Below, one piece after another: positions 48,680 through 56,645 of a stretch of DNA of 56,645 nucleotides. Both the position numbers and the translations under genes were made by a program. Every line of letters starts with the position of its first letter. Positions within the stretch are counted from its first letter, which is position 1. Origin of the DNA: Parcubacteria group bacterium GW2011_GWA2_40_143 (GTDB taxonomy: Bacteria > Patescibacteriota > Minisyncoccia > UBA9983); the NCBI GenBank assembly GCA_000996035.1, contig LBYH01000003.1, forward strand, positions 1 through 56,645, in the 5' to 3' direction. The notes under the pieces were generated by a model. That model did not search any database and was not told where the DNA came from. It was given only the letters and a program-made list of their open reading frames with translations.

Positions 48680-49060
48680 TTATTTTTTCAAAATGTCCTT
48701 AATTTTATTAACCACTTCGGAAGGAGTAAAATATGCCTTTATAATATAATCCAACGCGCCAAGAGACATGCCTTTATTGATATCCTCTTTCTGTCCGAGA
48801 TTGGTGAGGAAGATTATTTTACTATCTTTGGCAAGATTTTCTTTCTTGATTTCCGCCATCAATTCAAAACCGTCCATGCCCGGCATTACTATATCAAGCA
48901 GAATTATGTCCGGGCTGGCGCCATTTTTAATCTTATCCAAAGCCTCTTTGGCGCCAACGGCTATATCCACGTCAAACTTTTCTTCTTTAAACTTTGTGGC
49001 ATACATGTCCAGCAAAAGACGATCGTCGTCTATTATTAAAATTTTATATTTTTTATCCAT
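48680..49060 (-). CDS. single-domain response regulator (REC only)
   Basis: KILIIDDD, the phospho-acceptor context ILLDIVMPGMDGFE, and LTNLG...KA. The start is placed at MDKKYK. Confidence 0.8.
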   Translation of the reverse strand: MDKKYKILIIDDDRLLLDMYATKFKEEKFDVDIAVGAKEALDKIKNGASPDIILLDIVMPGMDGFELMAEIKKENLAKDSKIIFLTNLGQKEDINKGMSLGALDYIIKAYFTPSEVVNKIKDILKK

Positions 49061-49100
49061 TACTTTTATTTTAACATATCGGCAGCTTTTTAAACACCCC

Positions 49101-50828
49101 CTAAAGTTTAAGGTATTCTTCAAGGCTTATAAGTCCGTTAAACATCTTTATCATACCATCCTCTTTCATCGTAAACATGCCTTGCTTTCTGGCTTCTTTC
49201 ATTATATCTTGTTCTGTCGGTCTCTCCAAGATAGCCGTCTCAAGACCGGAAGTTTTGTATAAAATTTCAAACACGCCGAATCTTCCTCTTATGCCTCTCG
49301 GACAAACCGGGGATATTACGCTCTCGTATATATTATCCGGAATTTTTATTTTATTTTTCACTTCTTCCGGGGTGTCTTCAAGATGTCTCATGAGAATATT
49401 TTTTATGGCGGGACTGATCGGCACTTCCTTTCTGGAGTCTTGACATAAGCCTTTTACAAGACGCTGACCTATCACCATCACCAGTGTCGGCGCTATAAGA
49501 AAATGGTCAACGCCCATGTCTATGAGTCTGGATACGGCGCCGGCGGCGCTGTTGGTGTGCAAAGTGGCAAATACCAAATGGCCGGTTAAGGCGGCATGGA
49601 TGGCCAAAGCAGCCGTTTCTTTATCTCTTATCTCACCCACCATAATCATGTCCGGATCCTGCCTCAAAATAGATCTCAAGCCGTTGGCGAAATCGTATCC
49701 TATTTCCGGTCTTACCTGAGATTGATTTACACCTTCTATTATATACTCCACAGGATCTTCAAGACTTACCACGTTGTTTTCTTCTTTATCAAGCTCCTTA
49801 AGCATAGCGTAAAGGCTTGTGGTTTTACCGCTACCAGTTGGTCCTGTAATAAGAATAAGTCCGTATGGTTTATCTATCGCCTTATTCACGATATCAAGCT
49901 GCTCGGCGGAGAAACCAAGCTCGCTGAGACTTTTTACGCCCTTTTCTTTATCAAGTATACGAATCATCACCTTTTCTCCGAAAACGGAAGGAAAAGTGGA
50001 CACCCTGAAATCTATTTCTCTGTTTTCTATTCTGGCGTTAAATCTGCCGTCTTGAGGTTTGCGTTTCTCGTCTATCTTCATGTTGCAAAGAATTTTGATT
50101 CTGGAAACAATAGCCTCGTGGACATTGATAGGGAGCAAAATACTTGTATACAAAGTGCCGTCCACCCTAAAACGCACTTTCACTTTCTTTGGTGTCGCTT
50201 CTATGTGAATATCAGAAGCGCGGCCGGCTATGGCGTGCCTCAAGATGACGGCCACTATTTTGGTGACTGGAGCGTCTTCCACAATAGTCGGCATTTTGTT
50301 GCTGGATTCTTTCTTGATATCCATGTCATCTTCTATCGTCTCAACAAGAGCCGTCTCAAGGTCGCCGAGAGCTTTGGACACTTCTCCGCCGATGCCTTTA
50401 TAGTCTACAAGCAAAGATTCAAAATCCGCTTCGCTTATTAGAAACAGCTTGATGGCCACGTTCATTCTTGAAGTTATGAATTGCATAGCTTCTCTGGCTT
50501 CAATATTATCCGGATCTATAATACCCATCTCAAGCACGCCATCACTCATTCCGACAGGAATGAAGCGATAATGCACCACCGCTTCTTCCGGCACTTTCCT
50601 TAATACATCAAACGGCACTTGGCCTTTTGAAATTTTCTTGATTGGAATATTCAGACTTTCCGATTTAGCCTGCAATATGGTCTCTTCCGAAATACCTTCC
50701 GAAATAAGCAATTTTTCCAGCGACACATTCTCTTTTCTTGCTCTGTTAAAAAGCTTGGAGAGCTCTCCTTCTTCTATAACCCCATTTTTAACTAAAACTT
50801 CTAAAAAAAGCATAATAAAAATTAGCAA
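49101..50828 (-). CDS. pilB: type IV pilus assembly ATPase (GspE family)
   Basis: N-terminal GSPII_E_N-like region, ASDIHIE, Walker A GPTGSGKTTS, EDPVEY, GHLVFATLHTN, and a partial tetracysteine region. The true start may be the internal MLFLEV. Confidence 0.9.
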   Translation of the reverse strand: MLIFIMLFLEVLVKNGVIEEGELSKLFNRARKENVSLEKLLISEGISEETILQAKSESLNIPIKKISKGQVPFDVLRKVPEEAVVHYRFIPVGMSDGVLEMGIIDPDNIEAREAMQFITSRMNVAIKLFLISEADFESLLVDYKGIGGEVSKALGDLETALVETIEDDMDIKKESSNKMPTIVEDAPVTKIVAVILRHAIAGRASDIHIEATPKKVKVRFRVDGTLYTSILLPINVHEAIVSRIKILCNMKIDEKRKPQDGRFNARIENREIDFRVSTFPSVFGEKVMIRILDKEKGVKSLSELGFSAEQLDIVNKAIDKPYGLILITGPTGSGKTTSLYAMLKELDKEENNVVSLEDPVEYIIEGVNQSQVRPEIGYDFANGLRSILRQDPDMIMVGEIRDKETAALAIHAALTGHLVFATLHTNSAAGAVSRLIDMGVDHFLIAPTLVMVIGQRLVKGLCQDSRKEVPISPAIKNILMRHLEDTPEEVKNKIKIPDNIYESVISPVCPRGIRGRFGVFEILYKTSGLETAILERPTEQDIMKEARKQGMFTMKEDGMIKMFNGLISLEEYLKL

Positions 50829-50864
50829 CCTGCCGCAAACGAATATTCCCTATCCACTGAAGTC

Positions 50865-51191
50865 CTATTTTGAAGAAAAAGGATTAGATTTACCGGCTTC
50901 CGAAGTCGGCAAACTTACGGAAAAGTCAATCAAGCTATTAAAAGCCTCTCCATCAAAAAGAACAACATTCTCAAAACTGACTCCTCGCAAAAGATTCAAC
51001 ATCCTCACAATGTCGACATTTTCTCCAGTAAGCAAAGCTTTTTGATCAGACAATGCTCCTGAAGGAGACGGCAAAACAGCAACGGATGAATTGCTTCCGG
51101 GAGAAGACGAACTTACAAACATAAGGACAAAAATCAGAGCGACAGCCGCCAAAATACCGATGAATATTATTTTTTTCTTGCTATTTTTCAT
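50865..51191 (-). CDS. hypothetical membrane-anchored protein in the pilus operon
   Basis: One TM helix (IIFIGILAAVALIFVLMFV) plus a ~70-aa extracytoplasmic segment. Placed between pilO-like and pilB. Confidence 0.45.
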   Translation of the reverse strand: MKNSKKKIIFIGILAAVALIFVLMFVSSSSPGSNSSVAVLPSPSGALSDQKALLTGENVDIVRMLNLLRGVSFENVVLFDGEAFNSLIDFSVSLPTSEAGKSNPFSSK

Positions 51192-51205
51192 TTATTTTTG
51201 AGATA

Positions 51206-51769
51206 TTATTGCGAAGACTTTTTCCAATAAGCTGCCGCTTCTATGTTGAAATTATAAACATCAGAGTCGGAAACGCTGAAATTTACTTTTTTAATATCCA
51301 TGAGTCGCAGACTCTGCTCAACGTCTTTAACGAAAGAATAAAAAGCGCCATACGTTCCGGAAACGCTTATCGTGAGCGGCAAAGTGGAAAACATATCCGA
51401 ATTGACACCGGCGGCCACGGCGGCAACTTTATCCTCAGAAGATTTTTCTTGATTTTTGATATCAATACTTTTTAAAACCATTCCCTTCCTTCTGAGCATG
51501 TTATCAATTTGCAAAATTATCTTAACGGATTCAGGCTGCGCAGGAAGCATGATATTGAGGCGATCTATATCTATCTGTGAAATTTGATTGTATTGAGCCA
51601 AAAGATTATCTCTCGCCGATTTTACTTGTCTTGAGACAACTAAAGCATTGTCCAACACGGCAGACTCTTCGGTCTTAATCTTTATCTCACCATACATGCC
51701 CTTGGTCTCGCCAAAAAATATGAAAGTGCCGGCGGCTATGAAAAATATTGATATTATTATTCTAAACAT
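51206..51769 (-). CDS. pilO: PilO-like pilus assembly protein
   Basis: N-terminal TM, a coiled segment, then a ferredoxin-like end LPLTISVSGTYGAFYSFVKDVEQSLRLMDI. Confidence 0.6.
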   Translation of the reverse strand: MFRIIISIFFIAAGTFIFFGETKGMYGEIKIKTEESAVLDNALVVSRQVKSARDNLLAQYNQISQIDIDRLNIMLPAQPESVKIILQIDNMLRRKGMVLKSIDIKNQEKSSEDKVAAVAAGVNSDMFSTLPLTISVSGTYGAFYSFVKDVEQSLRLMDIKKVNFSVSDSDVYNFNIEAAAYWKKSSQ

Positions 51770-51781
51770 TTTATTTATAAA

Positions 51782-52441
51782 TTAAAATTCTTCTTCGTCA
51801 AAATCAAATTTATCATCATCCGCAAAATCATTATTAAACTCATTACTCGCGTTTGATGAACCGGCGTATTCTGACAAACCAAAACCATAAAGCATTAAAG
51901 ATGGATTAAGAGTTATCGTTACTTCAAAATTAACTTGACCGGATTCGTTTAATTTAAGACCGGAAAAAAGCACTTCCTCTGCGGCCCCGCTGCGCTCAAA
52001 AACATCAGCCTGCACGGCAAGCTCAGTGTAATCCCTTGCCGTGCCGGTCATATTGATAACGTGTTTGCCGGAATCTGAAACATTGTAAAGAAAATTTTTA
52101 AAAGTAACATTTTTGAGAGTAGCGGCCTGCAAAAAATCCAGCGCGCCGGAAAAAGCTTTATGCCTGCCCATAAGCATCTCTGCCGCCTTTACTTTGCCGG
52201 AGAATCCTATAATCTCGGAAATGAGCGATGATTCATAAGCTTCTTTGTCTTTTCTCAAAGTTTCTTTCTTGCTTTCTATTTGGCTTTCCGTAAATTTGCC
52301 ATACAAGAAAACACCGCCCCATAAGAAGGCGGATAAAATAAAAATCAAAAAAGAAATCACCGCAAAGAAACCAGCTCCCTTGCTCCGATAGGTTACCTCG
52401 CTCATTTTTCTCTTAGGTATAAAAGATAGTTTGTCTTCCAT
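51782..52441 (-). CDS. pilN: PilN-like pilus assembly protein
   Basis: Bitopic protein (TM FFAVISFLIFILSAFLWGGVFLY) directly after pilM. Acidic tail. Confidence 0.5.
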   Translation of the reverse strand: MEDKLSFIPKRKMSEVTYRSKGAGFFAVISFLIFILSAFLWGGVFLYGKFTESQIESKKETLRKDKEAYESSLISEIIGFSGKVKAAEMLMGRHKAFSGALDFLQAATLKNVTFKNFLYNVSDSGKHVINMTGTARDYTELAVQADVFERSGAAEEVLFSGLKLNESGQVNFEVTITLNPSLMLYGFGLSEYAGSSNASNEFNNDFADDDKFDFDEEEF

Positions 52442-52566
52442 AAAAATTCACGCTTAATGTACTTGTCTTTATTTTAATATTTTTTTTAACCAATGGGAAG
52501 CTTTTGGAAAGGAAGCCTGTTGATAAGTCCGCGCCGCTCGCTGCAAGCGGACAGCAAACAAGGCTT

Positions 52567-53673
52567 CTACAATTCGCCGAGAGCAAGACCAGATGCCACG
52601 GAAAAGCTCAAACCGATCTCTTTTAAAACAGTTGAGAGAAAGACGGGATGCTCAGTTTTACTGAACGGATCGGCCAACTCAACTTCTATCGTAAACTCTT
52701 TTACGCCAAAAGGCACTATGCCTTTAAGCAACCCGCCACCGCCGGTGAAAACAATTTTACTGACGCTTCTTTTGTATTTACTTTGAAAGTTTTTCAGCGA
52801 AGCATTCGCCTCGTGGAATATATAACTCAATATCGGTTGCATTACTTCCATAATCTCTTTATGTTCCGGCAAATCGGAAAGACCCACTTCCCTCTTAATC
52901 TCTTCCGCTCTGGCCAAATCTATGCCCATGGATTGGGAAAGCGCTCTGGTAAGATCGTGCGAGCCTTTGTTTATAAAATGAGATTCTCTCATTACGCCAT
53001 AATCCAAAATTGCCATCTTGGTGGAAGAAGCACCGAAATCAATAACAGCAATCGTGGAACTGCCCCTGCCTATGGCCGCTCGGATCATGCCAAACGGCTC
53101 CATTTCGTAAGCCGCCGCCACAAGGCCTGACTTGGCGATTATATCCTTGTACGTATTTATAACATCATTATGTATGGCCACCAGTATCACTTCCATTGTT
53201 TTGTTATTTTCTTCTTTTTCTTTTTCCGTCTTTGGCATCACCCACCAATCCAAACTCACTTCAGAAATAGGTACCGGCACGTGTCTCCTGGCTTCTATGG
53301 TAATTACATTTTCCAAATCGCCCTCCGCCGAAACAGGAAGCTGGATAACTTTTACAAAGCTTGAGTTAAGAGGGATAGCCACTCTAGCCACAGTAGCTTT
53401 GGCGCCAGCTTCTTTAAGAACATCTCTAATGGCTTCGGCTGTCTTTTCAGCATTAAGCTTTACCGGCTGACCAATTTCCATCCCGCCGTAAGGACCTGTG
53501 GCCACCTCGCCGTAAGTTTCCAAGATAGCCCTTTCCTTCTCTTTCCTAAGCTGGACTATCTTTATGGAAGAACTGCCTATGTCCACGCCTAAAACACTTT
53601 GCTCACTTTTAAGCAAATTCTTAAAGCTGTTTTTTCTAAATCTGCCAAGAAACTCTTTCAATTCAAAAGCCAT
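52567..53673 (-). CDS. pilM: type IV pilus assembly ATPase-fold protein PilM
   Basis: Actin-like fold motifs VLGVDIGSSSIKIVQL, AVIDFGASSTKMAI, and IVFTGGGGLLKG. Confidence 0.85.
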   Translation of the reverse strand: MAFELKEFLGRFRKNSFKNLLKSEQSVLGVDIGSSSIKIVQLRKEKERAILETYGEVATGPYGGMEIGQPVKLNAEKTAEAIRDVLKEAGAKATVARVAIPLNSSFVKVIQLPVSAEGDLENVITIEARRHVPVPISEVSLDWWVMPKTEKEKEENNKTMEVILVAIHNDVINTYKDIIAKSGLVAAAYEMEPFGMIRAAIGRGSSTIAVIDFGASSTKMAILDYGVMRESHFINKGSHDLTRALSQSMGIDLARAEEIKREVGLSDLPEHKEIMEVMQPILSYIFHEANASLKNFQSKYKRSVSKIVFTGGGGLLKGIVPFGVKEFTIEVELADPFSKTEHPVFLSTVLKEIGLSFSVASGLALGEL

Positions 53674-53708
53674 AATGTAATATTATATCATAAAGATTAA
53701 GCCTTGCC

Positions 53709-54365
53709 ATGTTAAAGGATTACAAAATTTTTAAAGATTTTTTTAGAGCCTTATTGGAATTTATTTTTCCACAAAAATGCGCAGGCTGTGGCATAGAAAA
53801 AGTAGCTCTCTGTCTCGCTTGTTTAAAAAGCATTGAAATGCCGGACGTGGCGGAAGCCAATGGTATTTACGCCGCGTCAAACTATCGCGACAGAACGGTA
53901 AAAAACGCCATCCGCCTTCTGAAGTATAAAAAAGGACGCTGTCTAGTCAAGCCTCTGGCGGAACTCATAAAAGAAAGATGCTTGCCCAAAATAATGGAAA
54001 CATATCCCGATCTTAACGCGGAAAACTTTATTACCATTCCCATTCCCCTCTCAGCCGGCAAATTAAGAGAAAGGGGCTTCAATCAAGCGGCCGAGATGGC
54101 CAAACTTCTGCCACTGCCGACAAATAACAAAATACTTTTTAAAATAAAAGAAACGCCTTCTCAAGTATCGGTAAAAGACAGAAACAAAAGATTGAAAAAC
54201 ATAGAAGGCAGTTTTATGGTAAAAAATGTTGATGCTCTAAAAGGCAAAAACATAATCATCATAGACGATGTGCTTACCACCGGCGCCACCATAAAAGAAG
54301 CTAAAAAAGCGCTAAAAGCCGCCAGCGCCAGAAAAGTGCTGGCCATAGTGCTGGCAAGAGGATAG
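53709..54365 (+). CDS. comF: ComF-family phosphoribosyltransferase-like competence protein
   Basis: N-terminal CxxC...CxxC (CAGCG...CLAC), the RGFNQAAEMA motif, and the PRTase loop IIIIDDVLTTGAT. Confidence 0.75.
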   Translation: MLKDYKIFKDFFRALLEFIFPQKCAGCGIEKVALCLACLKSIEMPDVAEANGIYAASNYRDRTVKNAIRLLKYKKGRCLVKPLAELIKERCLPKIMETYPDLNAENFITIPIPLSAGKLRERGFNQAAEMAKLLPLPTNNKILFKIKETPSQVSVKDRNKRLKNIEGSFMVKNVDALKGKNIIIIDDVLTTGATIKEAKKALKAASARKVLAIVLARG

Positions 54366-54397
54366 CTATGAGAAATTTCGCTGCCATATTAAAGATT

Positions 54398-54671
54398 TTA
54401 TTTTGCGTTAATAGTTTTCTGCGCAAGCGCGGTAAAAAAGAAACTTGCAGAGAATAATGTCGCCATGGCCGCCACTACCGGACCCATTTGTTCACGATAA
54501 TCTCCGGGGATAATCCCGCCGACAAAAGCCACTACCAGAAAGACCACGGATACGCCTACCCCATTTCCAGTTATGTCCCCAGATCACTTCATATAACCAT
54601 AAGAGACCGAAAAATATTCGGCCGAAAGCTATCCACGATCCCGTAAATAGTTTTTCACTGGAATTATTCAT
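54398..54671 (-). pseudogene. small membrane protein gene with an apparent 1-nt frameshift
   Basis: Frame 1 reads MNNSSEKLFTGSWIAFGRIFFGLLWLYEVIWGHNWKWG and then basic junk up to a stop at 54492. A second frame reads GVGVSVVFLVVAFVGGIIPGDYREQMGPVVAAMATLFSASFFFTALAQKTINAK*. The span is 274 nt, not a multiple of 3. Confidence 0.4.
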
Positions 54672-54699
54672 ATATTATTGTATTCATTATTTTTTTAGT

Positions 54700-55605
54700 T
54701 TACACGCCACAGCCACCTCCGCCCTGAAGATCGGCTGGTTCTATTTCCTGCAATACACGTTGATAACCACTTGCGCTTGAATACTCATTACCCAGAGCAA
54801 GTTGAGGATCAATCTTGTCCCACGCGGTTCCTTTTCGTTCAAAGTATGCGGCCAGTGTCATGTATGTTTCCGGAAACCAGTATGAATTTACCTGAAGGGC
54901 AGTCTTCCACATCTCTTGCTCGGAAACCCCCTGCGATGCCATAAGCTGAAGAAGTCCCAACATAGCCATACCGTGGTTACAATCCGGGAAATGGGTGGAA
55001 TTGCCACAGCACGGACGATAGATGCCACGAGACACTTTATCCACCATTGCTTGCTGTTCCGGCGTGAGATTGAAAAATTTGTGTTTACTGTAATGATCCA
55101 TGGCATCTCCTTTGGCAAGCGTCCAGCCTCCGGTAGAAGCGAATCTGCCCGCGCCTCCGTAGGCAAGATTCATCATCTCGCCGTTTTCAAGGATGTCATT
55201 TTTGCTGGCAAGCCCCAATGCCCAAAACAAATTAAGAAGATATCCGGAGTTTTCTTTTGTGATTTTGAGCTTGCCGTCGCTTTGTCCAAAGAGAAGCTTT
55301 TCGTATTCATCGGTAAAAGTGCCTCTTTGCTCGTAAATCGCTTTAAATTTATCCGCGTCAATCGCCCCAACATTCACTAATTTTGAGCCAAGGTCTCCCC
55401 AATTGACCGGTAAAATAATGCCATCCGAAGGCAAAACTTTTTCCTCTAAACTTGTATGTTCTTTTTCTGTTGCGACTTTAATATCAGATTGATCCTGATT
55501 AACTGTTTTCTGTCCTGTTGCGTAAACCCACACACCGAAGAGAATCACAACAGAAACGAAGATTCTCTTCACAAGCACCCGATCTTTTTTTGGTTGATTT
55601 TGCAT
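54700..55605 (-). CDS. hypothetical membrane-anchored/secreted Cys-motif protein
   Basis: N-terminal TM (IFVSVVILFGVWVYA), the motif RPCCGNSTHFPDCNHGMAMLG, and a C-terminal GGGGCGV. No family name recalled. Confidence 0.55.
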   Translation of the reverse strand: MQNQPKKDRVLVKRIFVSVVILFGVWVYATGQKTVNQDQSDIKVATEKEHTSLEEKVLPSDGIILPVNWGDLGSKLVNVGAIDADKFKAIYEQRGTFTDEYEKLLFGQSDGKLKITKENSGYLLNLFWALGLASKNDILENGEMMNLAYGGAGRFASTGGWTLAKGDAMDHYSKHKFFNLTPEQQAMVDKVSRGIYRPCCGNSTHFPDCNHGMAMLGLLQLMASQGVSEQEMWKTALQVNSYWFPETYMTLAAYFERKGTAWDKIDPQLALGNEYSSASGYQRVLQEIEPADLQGGGGCGV

Positions 55606-55765
55606 GTCGTTTTTTATAATAAAAGCTTAACACTTTCCCCATTTATCGTCCAGAATCAGAGCTTTGATTCGCTGGCGGGCTTGGGTAGGTTGGACTTGGA
55701 GCGGCTGTTGTTAAGTGAAGCTAGCAAGCTGTTTTAGGCCTGTGTATAACTTCTTTACATTGCTA

Positions 55766-55794
55766 TTGACAAGAAATCCTGCATCGCTTACAAT
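55766..55794 (+). promoter_or_regulatory. sigma70-type promoter (TTGACA, 17 nt spacer, TACAAT)
   Basis: Consensus -35, 17-nt spacer, and a good -10, about 38 nt upstream of the ATG at 55832. Confidence 0.7.
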
Positions 55795-55831
55795 AGGAGT
55801 GTAAGTATTATTAAACAAAATAATAACCTTT

Positions 55832-55988
55832 ATGTCTGAAGATAAAAACGACGCAATATTCTCTATAACTTCTGACGAAGTAAAAAAAACTAAAAACCCC
55901 GCTCATTATCACAATTGTGGCAGTCGGAGCTGACTTAATCTCTTATTATTTCTTCGGCATGCATTTGTGGGAAATATTTTCAAAATAA
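55832..55988 (+). pseudogene. small single-TM ORF interrupted at an A8 homopolymer
   Basis: As written it is 33 aa (MSEDKNDAIFSITSDEVKKTKNPAHYHNCGSRS*). Removing one A from the A8 run (55882-55889) gives a 51-aa protein ending KKLKTPLIITIVAVGADLISYYFFGMHLWEIFSK*. Its stop is then 2 nt before the next ATG. Confidence 0.4.
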
Positions 55989-55990
55989 TT

Positions 55991-56645
55991 ATGCTTGCTA
56001 AATTTATTCAAGAACAACGCAAAAAGCGCAATCTGACGCAAGAATTTTTAGCGTCCGCGCTTAAAATTTCCCGCCCGACCTATATGCAAATTGAGCAGGG
56101 CGAGCGAGATTTAACTATTGCAAGAAGCCGAAGATGAAATCCGCATCAGTGTCCCGCAAGAGAAAGCCGACAAGTTCCGGCAGGTCCTGCTTTATATTTT
56201 GAAGAAAGTGGGTGGCAAGCCGAATGTCGGCATGACGGTGCTGTATAAATTACTTTACTTTATTGATTTTGATTACTACGAAAAGTACGAGGATCAACTG
56301 ATGGGTTTGGTGTATCTCAAAAATCATCGAGGGCCAACGCCGCTTTTGTTTGAAAGTCTTATCGGCAATATGGTAAAAAACGGCGAAGTGGAAATCATCA
56401 AAAGCAAGTTTTATCAGTACCCCCAGACGAAATACTTGGTGAATCCAGAAGTTGAGCCGGATTTAAGCATTCTGAACGGAAAAGAGCAGGAACATATTGA
56501 TTGGGAATTACAACGGCTTTCCGACATGACGGCGAGTCAGCTTTCCGATTTATCACATAAAGATGTGCCGTGGGTAAGCGCAGAGAACAGCAAACCGCTT
56601 GATTACGAGTCGGTTTTCTACCGCACGCCCGAAACATCAGTACGC
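55991..56645 (+). pseudogene. XRE-HTH plus Panacea (DUF4065/SocA-like) antitoxin-type gene, frame-broken, running off the window end
   Basis: HTH MLAKFIQEQRKKRNLTQEFLASALKISRPTYMQIEQGERDLTI stops at 56135-56137. From about 56115 the +1 frame reads EDEIRISVPQEKADKFRQVLLYILKKVGGKPNVGMTVLYKLLYFIDFDYYEKYEDQLMGLVYLKNHRGPTP, which is the DUF4065 pattern, with no stop before the window end. Confidence 0.6.

Noticed and set aside
52515-52566. Imperfect long hairpin (GAAGCCTGTTG...GTCCGC...GCGGAC...CAAACAAGGCTTC) between pilM and pilN
   Set aside because: It could be an intra-operon attenuator or processing site. There is no U-tract and no second copy, so the evidence is insufficient to call a feature.

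Overview
This is a compact bacterial chromosome segment, read with the standard genetic code, and most genes lie on the minus strand. Inference only: truncated aminoacyl-tRNA synthetases, a type IV pilus cluster with no secretin in the window, and a UbiB-like kinase suggest a reduced genome such as Patescibacteria/CPR. No rRNA is present to confirm this.

Gene content from left to right:
- A defense-type island at 1-7416: NYN protein, frameshifted type III res, a Schlafen/AlbA_2 (COG2865-type) ATPase wedged between res and mod, mod, and RhuM.
- rnhB and dnaE.
- A 1.4 kb insert bounded by exact 76-bp copies of the dnaE 3' end. It carries an internally deleted NYN gene and a HepT/MntA toxin-antitoxin pair.
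- Housekeeping genes: thrS, gyrB, pheST, thyX-tmk-glyA, secA.
- A UbiB-like kinase bracketed by two paralogous mini membrane proteins.
- A SpoU methyltransferase and a metal ABC transporter.
- A hidden 44-aa lysine-rich protein, tRNA-Pro and a lipoprotein.
- Heavily decayed uvrC and uvrA.
- A VKOR-like membrane protein, five more tRNAs, gatCA with a YqeY-like gene, and ligA.
- A full type IV pilus cluster with comF.
- A broken small-TM ORF plus HTH-Panacea (DUF4065) module at the right edge.

The most unusual signal is three diverged HUH-Y1 (RAYT / IS200-like, COG1943-type) genes at 31917, 39014 and 44936. Each is bracketed by its own private palindromic hairpin family. Copies of these hairpins also sit in frame inside coding sequences: in ligA next to the KxDG active site, in two of the RAYT genes themselves, and forming the shared 3' ends of two convergent genes.

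Several genes are disrupted (res, NYN, uvrA, uvrC, two small membrane ORFs, Panacea). This is either real decay or assembly error and needs read-level confirmation.
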